Shown here piece by piece: positions 49,751 to 59,150 of a stretch of DNA of 64,000 nt (position 1 is its first letter; each line of letters starts with the position of its first letter). Source of the DNA: Patescibacteria group bacterium (GTDB lineage: Bacteria > Patescibacteriota > Minisyncoccia > Phycocordibacterales > Phycocordibacteraceae). The stretch is taken from contig JANLHF010000001.1 in assembly GCA_024653825.1 (NCBI GenBank), forward strand, positions 62 through 64,061, written 5' to 3'. The translations under genes and the position numbers were made by a program. The notes below the pieces were generated by a model that was not told the DNA's origin, did not search any database, and saw only the letters and a program-made list of their open reading frames with translations.

Positions 49751-49898
49751 AAAAATGGTGTGATGCTAGCATTCTATCATAGTTTTTTGTTCCTGTTCAT
49801 ACTCCTCTAGGCAAGGCTTGACGGCTTCGGGCGTTTCCCCAAGGACTCTTTGGTCTCACGACTTCGGTCGTGTTGCTGTGGAAATCCTCAGGTGTCTC

Positions 49899-49925
49899 GT
49901 CCACCCCGCGATTTATTGCGGGTTT
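49899..49925 (+). terminator. Terminator-like hairpin ending a ~150-nt non-coding segment
   Basis: CCCGCgatttattGCGGG followed by TTTTG. Upstream there is a second hairpin, CACGACttcgGTCGTG. Confidence 0.35.
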
Positions 49926-50064
49926 TGCCTTGAGGACTATGAACGGGAAGAGAGGTTAAAACGATGTGAGTCATCTCATATCGTTTTGCACCGAACGACT
50001 GTTCATATGCTTACATATGGATGGGATTTCGTTCCTTCCAGAATTAACCAAGGAGGTTCATCAG

Positions 50065-50283
50065 ATGATAAAAATCAGGTCGCTTTCGCCCAAAATACGG
50101 GCGCAGCTTTCGGCAATGGTTATTGGATGGGCGACGTGTCCCCACTGCAATCGGGACGACGTGAATGTCGTCAATGACGATGGGCCAAAAGGGAACCCCA
50201 ATTTCCACTATTTCGAGAACCACTCCCCTCAAGGCAGTGACATTCTCTGTGATGGAAGTGAAGAGCTCCTTTCAAAACTCTAG
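50065..50283 (+). CDS. Small Cys/His-containing hypothetical protein
   Basis: 72 aa. A strong AAGGAGG SD lies 7 nt upstream. A CPHC ... C motif is present. Confidence 0.45.
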   Translation: MIKIRSLSPKIRAQLSAMVIGWATCPHCNRDDVNVVNDDGPKGNPNFHYFENHSPQGSDILCDGSEELLSKL

Positions 50284-50341
50284 ATCGACCCACGCCCGAC
50301 AGAAATCACCCAATGATTCTGTTGGGCGATTTCTTTTTATG

Positions 50342-52174
50342 TTATGCGCGCGGGAGGTCGACGCTGGCGGCGACTTCGGAGAGGGACGTGATGCCGTTCA
50401 ACGCTTTGATGATGCCGTCCTGCGCCATGGTGAGATACCCCTGCTTAGCGGCGAGTTTGGCGATTTCATTTTCTGACGGATTGTCGCGCAAGAATGTTGC
50501 GAGCTCGTCATCCATAAATATTGCTTCATAGAGACCAACACGGCCTTTGTAGCCTGTTTCATCTTCGTTTGCAGGAGCCGGTTCCCAGACGGTGTCTATT
50601 TTTTCGGGTATCAAACTCTTGTCGGCGAGCGGAGCGAACACTTTATCTATCATTTTTTTCTCTTCAGCGGTGAGTGGGCGTTCCTTCCTTTTTTCCGGGT
50701 CGAGTTTGCGCACCAGACGCTGGGCCATCGAGACAGTGACGGAGGAGCCGAAGGACTTCGGGTCCGCGCCGAGGTCGACGAGGCGCGGGAAGGTGCCGGC
50801 CGCGTCGTTGGTGTGGAGGGTTGAGAAGACGAAGTGGCCCGTGAGCGCCGCTTGAATAGCAATATTTGCCGTCTCACCATCGCGAATTTCGCCGACCATG
50901 ATGATGTCGGGATCCTGGCGCACGATGGAGCGAAGACCTTCAGCGAAGGTATACTTCGTCCCCTCGACCTGTGTTTGTACGACACCCTCGAGATGATATT
51001 CAACCGGGTCTTCGATTGTGATGATCTTCGTCTCGGGTGAGTGGATTTCGCGCAGGAATGAATAGAGTGTTGTCGTTTTGCCGCTCCCCGTCGGTCCGGT
51101 GGTCAGCAGCATCCCGTTCGGGCGCCGGATCTCGGTCTCGAGCCGCGCGAGGAGTTTCGGGTGGATACCGAGCTCTTTGTACGAAACCTTTGTTGCCTCA
51201 GGATCGAGAATACGCATCACGATGGATTCGCCGTAGTTGCCCGGAATAAAGGAGACGCGCATCTCGATCTGGGTTGTTCCTTTCGTAATACTGAAACGGC
51301 CGTCTTGTGCACGGTTCGTGACATTCAACTTCACTCCAGAGAGCAGTTTGATGCGCGAGTTGATCTGGTGATAGGTGGCGGGGTCAAAAAAATAAACGTC
51401 GGAGAGAAGTCCGTCGATACGCAGACGAAGAAGCGTTTTGTCTTCTCTCGGCTCGAAGTGGACATCAGACGCGCGGAGGGTGAAGGCGCCCGCGAGGATA
51501 AGTTCGAAAATATGAGTGACACGGTCGAGCGCCTTGAGCTCGGTTGTGGCATCAAGTTCTTTCTCTAATGCCTTGCGTGTACCGATTTCCTGTGAGAGTT
51601 TCTCCAAAGTCTCAGGAGCGACATTAAAAGAGCCCGCCTTAGATTCGGTCGTGAATGAGAGGTCATTGTAACGTTCAAGAACTCTATCAAGGCTTTTTTT
51701 AGAGACGAGGAATTCCTGCACAGAAAATCCCCGTTCGACAAGGCCCTCACGGAGTTTCGTAAGTGCAGGGTTGTTCGGGTTGTGCACGGCGAGGGAGAGA
51801 TCTTTTGCGTTTTTTGCAAAGGCAGCCGCCTCGGCGAGGCGAGCTGTCTCTTGGGGAATAAGGCGAAGGGCGTCGGAATCTATCTCCCCCAGCGAAAGGT
51901 CGGCGTAGGCCAGACCGTATTTATCCGAGAGGATGTGCGCGACATCTTCTTCCTCGCGCTCTCGTATCCCTGCAAGTTTTACCTCGGCGTCTTCGGCTCC
52001 AAGCGGTGAATCCATGGCCCTATAGTACCACCTCTCCTTGGGGGCGGGCATGTTACCGGTTTCAGCGGTACAATATCTATACGATGGAGAAAGTAGTACA
52101 AACACTGGCCGAATTTGAAGCGGAGGCTGCGCGATTTGCGGGGTCTTTTGTACGGCACAAGGAAGTAGCAACAC
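50342..52174 (-). CDS. Second GspE/PilB-family secretion ATPase
   Basis: 610 aa. N-terminal GSPII_E_N-like domain, Walker A GPTGSGKTTTLY, and His/Asp boxes. It is unlinked to pilC. Confidence 0.85.
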   Translation of the reverse strand: MLLLPCAVQKTPQIAQPPLQIRPVFVLLSPSYRYCTAETGNMPAPKERWYYRAMDSPLGAEDAEVKLAGIREREEEDVAHILSDKYGLAYADLSLGEIDSDALRLIPQETARLAEAAAFAKNAKDLSLAVHNPNNPALTKLREGLVERGFSVQEFLVSKKSLDRVLERYNDLSFTTESKAGSFNVAPETLEKLSQEIGTRKALEKELDATTELKALDRVTHIFELILAGAFTLRASDVHFEPREDKTLLRLRIDGLLSDVYFFDPATYHQINSRIKLLSGVKLNVTNRAQDGRFSITKGTTQIEMRVSFIPGNYGESIVMRILDPEATKVSYKELGIHPKLLARLETEIRRPNGMLLTTGPTGSGKTTTLYSFLREIHSPETKIITIEDPVEYHLEGVVQTQVEGTKYTFAEGLRSIVRQDPDIIMVGEIRDGETANIAIQAALTGHFVFSTLHTNDAAGTFPRLVDLGADPKSFGSSVTVSMAQRLVRKLDPEKRKERPLTAEEKKMIDKVFAPLADKSLIPEKIDTVWEPAPANEDETGYKGRVGLYEAIFMDDELATFLRDNPSENEIAKLAAKQGYLTMAQDGIIKALNGITSLSEVAASVDLPRA

Positions 52175-52521
52175 TCATTACTCTCTCGGGAGAACTCGGC
52201 GCGGGGAAGACCTCTTTTACAAGATCAGTTGCAAAGGCACTCGGAGTTGAAGAAACGGTTACGAGCCCGACCTTCGTTCTAGAAAAAATATACCTTCTTC
52301 CTCCCGGGAAAAATTTCAAACGCCTCATCCATATCGACGCGTATCGTCTCGAAAAGGGAAGTACTCTCGCCCCGCTTGGTTTTGACGAGTTAATGCAAGA
52401 CGCAGGTAACCTTATATTGCTTGAATGGCCCGAGAGAGTTGACGAAGTGCTCCCTGCGCCGGCCAAGAAAATCTCTTTTCTCGTTTCTCCCAATGGAGCC
52501 CGCACGATTTCGTATGACTAA
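52084..52521 (+). CDS. tsaE: tRNA threonylcarbamoyladenosine biosynthesis protein TsaE
   Basis: The P-loop LSGELGAGKTSFTR and the downstream SPTF motif are present. Confidence 0.8.
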   Translation: MEKVVQTLAEFEAEAARFAGSFVRHKEVATLITLSGELGAGKTSFTRSVAKALGVEETVTSPTFVLEKIYLLPPGKNFKRLIHIDAYRLEKGSTLAPLGFDELMQDAGNLILLEWPERVDEVLPAPAKKISFLVSPNGARTISYD

Positions 52522-54913
52522 AAAAACGACCACAAAGAAACGCATCGTACTTCTCGACACACACGCGATCATCCATCGTGCCTACCACGCCCTTGCTGCG
52601 GCAGAACTCACAAGCCCGAGCGGCGCGCCGGTCGGTGCGCTCTACGGTCTCGTCTCGATGCTTCTCAAAATCATTTCCGACTTGAAGCCGGACTACATCG
52701 CTGCATGCTACGACCTACCGAAGCCGACCATCCGTCATGAAGCCTATGCGGACTACAAGGCGGCGCGCGTGAAGATGGAGGACTCGCTCTCTCAACAGAT
52801 ACAAGAATCGCACAAGGTGTTTGAAGCTTTTTCCATACCGAAATATGATCGCGCGGGATTCGAGGCCGACGATCTTCTTGGGACAATCGCGCACGAATTG
52901 CGGACGGAAAAAAATGTGGACGTCATCATTGCATCGGGCGATATGGATACCCTCCAGCTCGTCGATGATACCCGTGTCCGCGTCTACACGCTGAAAAAAG
53001 GAATGAACGATACGATCCTCTATGACGAAAAAGCCGTGGTAGCACGGTTCGGTTTTCCGCCCACTCTTATTCCAGACTGGAAGGGTCTTCGTGGCGACCC
53101 CTCGGACAATATTAAGGGTGTGCCCGGTATCGGCGAGAAGACGGCAACCGACCTTATAACCGGATTTGGTTCAATCGAGAAAATATACACGGCTCTTAAA
53201 AAGAAAAACAGCGAAGAAGTCTTTCTTAAGAAGGGAATAAAGGCGCGTATGATTGGTCTCTTGAAAGAACACGAGGAGGATGCGCGCTTCTCCAAGTCTC
53301 TCGCGACTATTCGGCTTGATGCGCCGATCGCTTTCGCTCTCCCAGAACATGCGTGGCATAAGAATATCGAACTCGGGAAGGTCCTCACCCTTCTCGATGA
53401 ACTTGGATTCAGATCGCTACGCGACCGCACACGTACCGTACTCTTACACTCGATCGGAGAAGAACATCCGTCTCAAGAAGCGCCCGAGCCCACTCCGGAA
53501 GAAGTGGATACGGCCAGTTTTGCAAAGGCACAAGTAAAACTGTGGCTCCTCGCGTCGGACTTTACCAATCCAACGCTCGACGATCTCCTTGCCTTCACCA
53601 AAAAAACGGTGTTCGCCGATGCCGATGCCGAACTTTCTAAACTAATCGGCGGAACGGGCCGGCTACGCGAGGTATACGAGAAGATTGAAGAACCTCTCAT
53701 TCCGGTGGTGGCGCATATGACTGAAAAAGGGGTGCTCATCGACACCAACGTGCTTGGTGGTCTCGGTAAAAAATATCGCGCCGAGCTCGAGGTTCTCGAA
53801 CAGAAAATATACAAGTCTGCGGGGCGCGAGTTTAATGTGAGTTCTCCAAAACAACTCGGCGAAGTGCTCTTCGACGAATTGAAAATTATCCCCGAACGGC
53901 AGAAGAAGACCGCGGGAGGGGCCCGCTCCACGCGCGAGAGCGAACTCGAAAAGATTCGCGAGATGCACCCCATCGTGAACGATATTCTTGAATATCGAGA
54001 GTTGAAAAAACTTCTCTCGACCTACATCGAGAATCTCCCGCCGCTTCTTGATGGACAGAAACGTCTGCATGCTGAATTTCTTCAGACCGGTACCACGACT
54101 GGTCGTATGTCGAGCCAGAATCCGAATCTGCAGAATATCCCGTTGCATTCCGAACGCGGGAGAGCAATTCGTGATGCATTCGTTGCGCCGAGCGGCTTCT
54201 CGCTCGTCGCACTCGACTATTCACAGATCGAATTGCGGCTTGCGGCCATTCTCTCGGGCGATGAAAAGCTCTGTGCCATCTTTAAAAGTGGACGCGACGT
54301 ACACCGAGAGGTCGCCGCATATATGTTTGGCGTCGAGCCTGAGAACGTAGATACTGAGATGAGGCGCCGTGCGAAGGTCACCAACTTCGGCATTCTCTAT
54401 GGGATGGGAGTGAATGCACTCCGGGCACAGCTTGGTAGCACGACCGCGGAGGCGCATCAATATCTCGAAGAATATTTCAGTACATTCAAGACTCTCTCGG
54501 ACTATCTTGAAAGCACTCGGGGATTTGCACGCAAGCATGGGTATACCGAGACGCTCTTTGGTCGTCGCCGACAGTTTCCCGAAATGAAATCATCTCTGCC
54601 ATATGTGCGTGCGCAGGCTGAACGTATGGCAATTAATGCCCCGATTCAAGGAACACAGGCAGATATTATCAAGCTCGCGATGGTGCAGGTGGACGAGATG
54701 CTGACGAAAGAGAATGCACAGGAAGACGCGCACCTCCTTCTTCAGGTGCACGACGAGCTCGTGTACGAGATTCGCACAGAACGCGCGAATGGCCTCGGCG
54801 GGCAGATACAAAAGATTATGGAAGAGGTCCTCATGGAGGAAAAAACGCGCGGTGTTCCCATTCTTGCGGTGATGAAGTCTGGTCCCAATTGGGGCGAGAT
54901 GAAGGTTGTATGA
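52514..54913 (+). CDS. polA: DNA polymerase I
   Basis: A 5'-3' exonuclease N-terminal domain, and polymerase motif A (DYSQIELR) and motif B (RRxAKxxNFGxxYG) are present. About 799 aa. Confidence 0.9.
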   Translation: MTKKTTTKKRIVLLDTHAIIHRAYHALAAAELTSPSGAPVGALYGLVSMLLKIISDLKPDYIAACYDLPKPTIRHEAYADYKAARVKMEDSLSQQIQESHKVFEAFSIPKYDRAGFEADDLLGTIAHELRTEKNVDVIIASGDMDTLQLVDDTRVRVYTLKKGMNDTILYDEKAVVARFGFPPTLIPDWKGLRGDPSDNIKGVPGIGEKTATDLITGFGSIEKIYTALKKKNSEEVFLKKGIKARMIGLLKEHEEDARFSKSLATIRLDAPIAFALPEHAWHKNIELGKVLTLLDELGFRSLRDRTRTVLLHSIGEEHPSQEAPEPTPEEVDTASFAKAQVKLWLLASDFTNPTLDDLLAFTKKTVFADADAELSKLIGGTGRLREVYEKIEEPLIPVVAHMTEKGVLIDTNVLGGLGKKYRAELEVLEQKIYKSAGREFNVSSPKQLGEVLFDELKIIPERQKKTAGGARSTRESELEKIREMHPIVNDILEYRELKKLLSTYIENLPPLLDGQKRLHAEFLQTGTTTGRMSSQNPNLQNIPLHSERGRAIRDAFVAPSGFSLVALDYSQIELRLAAILSGDEKLCAIFKSGRDVHREVAAYMFGVEPENVDTEMRRRAKVTNFGILYGMGVNALRAQLGSTTAEAHQYLEEYFSTFKTLSDYLESTRGFARKHGYTETLFGRRRQFPEMKSSLPYVRAQAERMAINAPIQGTQADIIKLAMVQVDEMLTKENAQEDAHLLLQVHDELVYEIRTERANGLGGQIQKIMEEVLMEEKTRGVPILAVMKSGPNWGEMKVV

Positions 54914-55593
54914 TCTACTTTTTCCATGGGTCTGATGTTGAGAAAACGCGCACGAAAGCGTTCGAATGGATTGCAAAGGCGAGAGAGAAGGAGCCGAATC
55001 TCGCCTACGTACGGCTCGCGCGCGAGGAACTTACTGACGCCACACTTGAAGACGCGTCGCTTTCGGGCGGACTGTTCGTATCGCGGCTCTTGGTGCTTAT
55101 TGATGATCCTTTTCCTGCCACGCGAGCAGTGAATGAAGATGGAGAAAAAGAAAACACCGAAACTGTTTTTGAAAATCACCTCGACAGACTCGCTGTCTCC
55201 GATAACGCAGTCATTGTTCTCGCACCAAAACTTGTCGCGGCGAAGGTGAAGAAGGTCGTAGCAAAAGCAAAAATGACCTATACCTACGACAAACATGTCG
55301 CACGCGAAGACGTGCACGGATTTAATACGAACCTTGTAAATGCACTCACCGCGCGTAGTCGAGAAAAACTTTGGCTTGAAATTAACCGCGCATTGTACGC
55401 GGGCGACGCGCCCGAAATGATCCTCGGTCTCCTGCACTGGAAAGCGCGCGACTTGATGGAGAAGGGGAGTCACTTGTGGAAGCCGCAAGAAACACGCTCG
55501 CTTTCGCTCGCGCTCATCTTGATCCTCCAGTCCTCTCGCCGAGGAGGCCTTGATCTCGATTTGGCACTAGAACACTTTGCATTGGACGTCTAA
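54910..55593 (+). CDS. holA: DNA polymerase III delta subunit-like protein
   Basis: MIYFFHGSD ... resembles the HolA N-terminus. It overlaps the polA stop by 4 nt. Confidence 0.5.
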   Translation: MIYFFHGSDVEKTRTKAFEWIAKAREKEPNLAYVRLAREELTDATLEDASLSGGLFVSRLLVLIDDPFPATRAVNEDGEKENTETVFENHLDRLAVSDNAVIVLAPKLVAAKVKKVVAKAKMTYTYDKHVAREDVHGFNTNLVNALTARSREKLWLEINRALYAGDAPEMILGLLHWKARDLMEKGSHLWKPQETRSLSLALILILQSSRRGGLDLDLALEHFALDV

Positions 55594-55650
55594 AATAGAG
55601 TAGAGTATCAAAATGCGTTCGTATGGAGTACCATACCGTGCGCTCGTTCG

Positions 55651-55722
55651 CGCCCGTAGCTCAGCTGGTAGAGCAGCTCCCTTTTAAGGAGAAGGTCGCA
55701 GGATCGTTCCCTGCCGGGCGCA
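55651..55722 (+). tRNA. tRNA-Lys (anticodon UUU), atypical T-loop
   Basis: Acceptor GCGCCCG/CGGGCGC, D-arm GCTCAGCTGGTAGAGC, anticodon loop CTTTTAA. T-arm GCAGG-ATCGTTC-CCTGC, which is not the TTCGAAT type. There is a 27:43 mismatch. Confidence 0.6.
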
Positions 55723-55737
55723 CCGGATCGTTCTAGA

Positions 55738-56697
55738 TTAGTAGCTAAACGCATCCACAGTCTTACCGTTCACGTCGAGGAGCTTCACCAGCTCGTGCTG
55801 GGTGCGCCACATAGCATTGGTGCGACCGAGATAAATACGCCATGTATCGCCCAGGAAGTCGGCATCGTTTTGGTGAGCAGAGACGCACCCATTGTAGTTA
55901 AGGTATTTCACCAAGAAACTCTGGCAGGACCCTGACACAGTTGTGGGGGGAGTGAGCACTACCTGACAGCGCGAAAGACGATTCACATAATCGATACATC
56001 CGGTATCTCGAATAGAGCCCGAGTAAAAAGAAGAGAGTTCTGTCGAGGGAGCGGGACAATTTTGCGGTAGTTGGGGAGAAAATTGCTGGAAGGAACTGAA
56101 GTAGCCGATGCACTTATTTTCACGGAACGAAGCACCAATGGGCGATCTACCGGAAATAATAAGAGCGCGTACTCCCGGTTGGAGCACAATATCCTGCGCA
56201 GCATTGATGGTGCCAGAAGAAGGGACTTCAGTCCCTCTCGGGATATTCTTCGCATTGCCGCTTACATCGCTTACAAGGGTCCATTCAGAAAGATCGATTG
56301 GGATTCCCGAGCCTTGTGCTATGGAAAGTTCCAGATATTCATTTTTTGGGTCGGACCCGGCACTCGAAACGTAGTGATTCATCCTGACGGCGTTTCGATA
56401 AGGGGAAGGAGTGCCAAAAACACCATTCGAGAATGTTGAGGACCCATCAGAACTTCCTGACCCTCCGACACTCCCGCCTCCGCTCGAAGAGCCTGGTAGA
56501 GAGACATTGTTTCCAGTACCTCCTATGCCGAAAGGCGCCCGGGGGAGTTGTAGATAAGTACCTCCACCGAGTTCTTGGGGCGCTGCGAGTCTTGGGCCGG
56601 TGAAGGCGATAGGGTGAAGGGGGCCACCTGTGGCGGCCCAGATAAGAAAAATGAAAACAAACACTCCTATGAAAAACCACGCATCATGCATTTCCAT
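55738..56697 (-). CDS. Membrane-anchored Gly/Ser-rich protein with lamin-tail-domain-like and Cys-rich C-terminal regions
   Basis: N-terminal TM. NEYLELSIAQGSGIPIDLSEWTLVSDVSGN resembles the LTD motif. 319 aa. Confidence 0.45.
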   Translation of the reverse strand: MEMHDAWFFIGVFVFIFLIWAATGGPLHPIAFTGPRLAAPQELGGGTYLQLPRAPFGIGGTGNNVSLPGSSSGGGSVGGSGSSDGSSTFSNGVFGTPSPYRNAVRMNHYVSSAGSDPKNEYLELSIAQGSGIPIDLSEWTLVSDVSGNAKNIPRGTEVPSSGTINAAQDIVLQPGVRALIISGRSPIGASFRENKCIGYFSSFQQFSPQLPQNCPAPSTELSSFYSGSIRDTGCIDYVNRLSRCQVVLTPPTTVSGSCQSFLVKYLNYNGCVSAHQNDADFLGDTWRIYLGRTNAMWRTQHELVKLLDVNGKTVDAFSY

Positions 56698-56709
56698 ACG
56701 GGAATTGTA

Positions 56710-57987
56710 TCAAAGTTTTTGAAGGAGTCTTTCGATCTCCTCTCGCGTGACGTTCGCGTCGCTCCACGGAATTTTAGAGCCCCTGGGACCCATAATAAAA
56801 GGGTCGGTTCCTTTGCCGGAGATAAGAACAGCATCGCCGGGGTGCGCCGCGCAGAGCGCGGCGCGTATCGCCTCACGTCGGTCAAAAATGATTTCAGGCG
56901 TACGCTTCATTCCGGCTGCCATTGCATCGATGATGGAATGAGGGTTTTCATCATAAGGGTCTTCGTTCGTGAGAATGACTTTCTCGCATGTTTCATCAGC
57001 GATTCGACCCATCTCCGACCTTTTCCAAGTGTCGCGTCCGCCACCGGTATTTCCGAGAACGCAAATTTTCCGGCGATTCGGAAATGCGGCGTACAGCGCA
57101 CGGAGCGAGTCCGGCGTGTGAGCATAATCGACAATTGCGACAAAATCCTGCCCAGCATCAATTCTCTCGACACGGCCGCGCACGACCGGAAGGTTTGCGA
57201 GCGCTGACGATATCGTCGAAGCAGGAATGCCGATGCTTTCGCAATATTTTATCGCCGCAAGTGCGTTCAGTGCGTTAAAGGTTCCCGGCAAGGGGAGGAA
57301 GAATGGCACGCCCGTATACTCAAAACTGATATGCTGGTCATCTCCAGAGAGGTGTTGCAACTCATTCGTACTAAATCCGATGACCCGCGGGACTTTCGCG
57401 GTGAGGAAGGAACGGCTCTCTGGAATATCCTCATTTGCGACGAGTATTTGGGAATGCTTCGGTGATCTAACGAGCGTGTCGACGAGGGTGCGTTTGGCAG
57501 CGACATACTTCTCAAATGAGCCGTGACTCTCTATATGTTCGCGCTGGATATTGGTAACGATAAGCCCGTCGAGATTGAGAAACCAGTGGCGATACTGCAG
57601 GACACTTTCTGAGGTCACCTCAATGACGAGGTGTGTACATCCTGCCTCGAGTGCCCGACGCATAAAAGCTTGTGCGAAGCCACGACCCTGGAGCGTCATT
57701 TTGTAGCGATTTGGCTCGGACTTGTCTTCGATAGCGAATCGGATAGTGGAGATGAGTGCAGTTTTATGTCCGGCTGCCCGGAGGATCGCGAATACCATTT
57801 CGGCAGTCGTCGATTTCCCTTTGGTGCCAGTGATACCGATGACGATAAGCTTCTGGGCAGGGAAGCCGTACGAAAGCGCCATACCAAAAGAGAGAAGCCG
57901 ATGATACAGGGGACGGAAAAATCGCACGATCGGCTCGGGCACGATTTTTTTCAAAATACGCACGATCTCATTTACGGATGCATACAT
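56710..57987 (-). CDS. murE: Mur ligase family protein (MurE-like)
   Basis: The ATP-binding motif IGITGTKGKSTTAEM and the Mur ligase middle and C-terminal domains are present. Confidence 0.78.
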   Translation of the reverse strand: MYASVNEIVRILKKIVPEPIVRFFRPLYHRLLSFGMALSYGFPAQKLIVIGITGTKGKSTTAEMVFAILRAAGHKTALISTIRFAIEDKSEPNRYKMTLQGRGFAQAFMRRALEAGCTHLVIEVTSESVLQYRHWFLNLDGLIVTNIQREHIESHGSFEKYVAAKRTLVDTLVRSPKHSQILVANEDIPESRSFLTAKVPRVIGFSTNELQHLSGDDQHISFEYTGVPFFLPLPGTFNALNALAAIKYCESIGIPASTISSALANLPVVRGRVERIDAGQDFVAIVDYAHTPDSLRALYAAFPNRRKICVLGNTGGGRDTWKRSEMGRIADETCEKVILTNEDPYDENPHSIIDAMAAGMKRTPEIIFDRREAIRAALCAAHPGDAVLISGKGTDPFIMGPRGSKIPWSDANVTREEIERLLQKL

Positions 57988-57989
57988 AC

Positions 57990-58535
57990 TTACTGTCCCG
58001 AAGAGAGCGCCGCCTTCAGCCGCACATCCTTCCCCACAACACTGTCGGGAATTGATTGGAGTGCCCTGCGTGCTTCGCGCTCGGTATACCCGAGCGCGAC
58101 GAGAGTGTCGAACACCTCATTGTCTGCATTGTCATGTGCGGCATCGCCGACCTTCTCTGACAGTTCAACGAGCATTTTCTCCGCACTCTTTTTCCCAAGG
58201 CCAACAACTTTCGTGAGGTAGGCAAGATCGCGCTTACCGATAGCTCCGATGAGTGCGGCGCGCGGCGCGCGGCGTAAGACATTAAGTGCCGTCTTCGGGC
58301 CTACACCGGATACGGTAAGGATGAGTTCGAAGAAATCTCGGTCGGCGACGTCGGCGAAGCCATAGAGTTCCATCCCATCCTGTTTGACCGCGAGATGGGT
58401 CGCAAGGGAAGTCTCTCTCCCGGCGACGAGCAGTGTCGGCGTGCTTGTACGGACCTCGATACCGAAGCCCGCAACCTCAATAACGGCGCTCGTGGGACCT
58501 ACCGAAAGCACCTTCCCGCGTATCTCTCGAATCAT
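57990..58535 (-). CDS. ruvA: Holliday junction DNA helicase RuvA
   Basis: MIREIRGKV ... the OB domain, HhH motifs (GVGPKTA, GLGKKSAEK), and a C-terminal RuvB-binding domain. Confidence 0.9.
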   Translation of the reverse strand: MIREIRGKVLSVGPTSAVIEVAGFGIEVRTSTPTLLVAGRETSLATHLAVKQDGMELYGFADVADRDFFELILTVSGVGPKTALNVLRRAPRAALIGAIGKRDLAYLTKVVGLGKKSAEKMLVELSEKVGDAAHDNADNEVFDTLVALGYTEREARRALQSIPDSVVGKDVRLKAALSSGQ

Positions 58536-58593
58536 TCATCCATCGTACTACCATTTGCCAGTTCGCGGGAGATAGCGTATATATGAAAGATAT

Positions 58594-58857
58594 ATGGCAA
58601 TCACCAGCTCGGCAAAAAAAGCGATACGTTCCTCTGCGAGGAAGCACGTCTTTAACCTGCGCCGTAAGAACGTCCTTACCGACACGACAAAGTCGCTGCT
58701 TAAGGCGCTCGCCACCAAGGACGTCGCTAGTGCCGAGAAACTCCTCCCCGCGGCCTACAAGGCAATCGACAAGGCCTGCAAGACAGGAGTTATTAAGAAC
58801 AACACCGCAGACCGAAAGAAAGCCCGTCTCGCCGCCGCAATCAAACGCGCTAAGTAG
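58594..58857 (+). CDS. rpsT: 30S ribosomal protein S20
   Basis: MAITSSAKKAIRSSARKH ... is a typical bS20 sequence. Confidence 0.9.
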   Translation: MAITSSAKKAIRSSARKHVFNLRRKNVLTDTTKSLLKALATKDVASAEKLLPAAYKAIDKACKTGVIKNNTADRKKARLAAAIKRAK

Positions 58858-58929
58858 TGTCCTCGGCCGGAATCGAACCGGCGCCACTTCCTTCGGAGGG
58901 AAGTATTGTATCCATTCAACTACGAGGAC
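58858..58929 (-). tRNA. tRNA-Arg (anticodon CCG)
   Basis: Minus strand: acceptor GTCCTCG/CGAGGAC, anticodon stem CTTCC/GGAAG, loop CTCCGAA, T-arm GCCGGTTCGATTCCGGC. Confidence 0.8.
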
Positions 58930-58987
58930 GAACTTTTCAATCCTAACTCTTAAATGAAAAAACGGCATCATGCCGTTTTTTCATTTG

Positions 58988-59059
58988 TGCCCCTGCGAGG
59001 AATCGAACCTCGATTACGAACTCCGCAAGCTCGCGTCCTATCCGTTGAACGACAGGGGC
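58988..59059 (-). tRNA. tRNA-Arg (anticodon GCG; functionally ACG-type)
   Basis: Minus strand: acceptor GCCCCTG/CAGGGGC, anticodon stem CGAGC/GTTCG, loop TTGCGGA, T-arm CGAGGTTCGATTCCTCG. Confidence 0.7.
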
Positions 59060-59068
59060 GACATTAGT

Positions 59069-59103
59069 TTCTTAGGAACGAAGTGAGTTAGAAACTAAGG
59101 AGT
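59069..59103. repeat. Conserved hairpin motif, copy 2 (inverted relative to 13591-13622)
   Basis: Its reverse complement, tagtttctaactcacttcgttcctaagaaacta, differs from copy 1 by about 4 substitutions. Confidence 0.4.
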
Positions 59104-59150
59104 GCCGCACGCTGGTTTATGTATTGGCGTGCGGCCGTAGTGAATTTATA

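Noticed and set aside
53020-54224. Several 100-170-aa ORFs inside polA on either strand
   Set aside because: They are alternative-frame artefacts within a well-supported long CDS.
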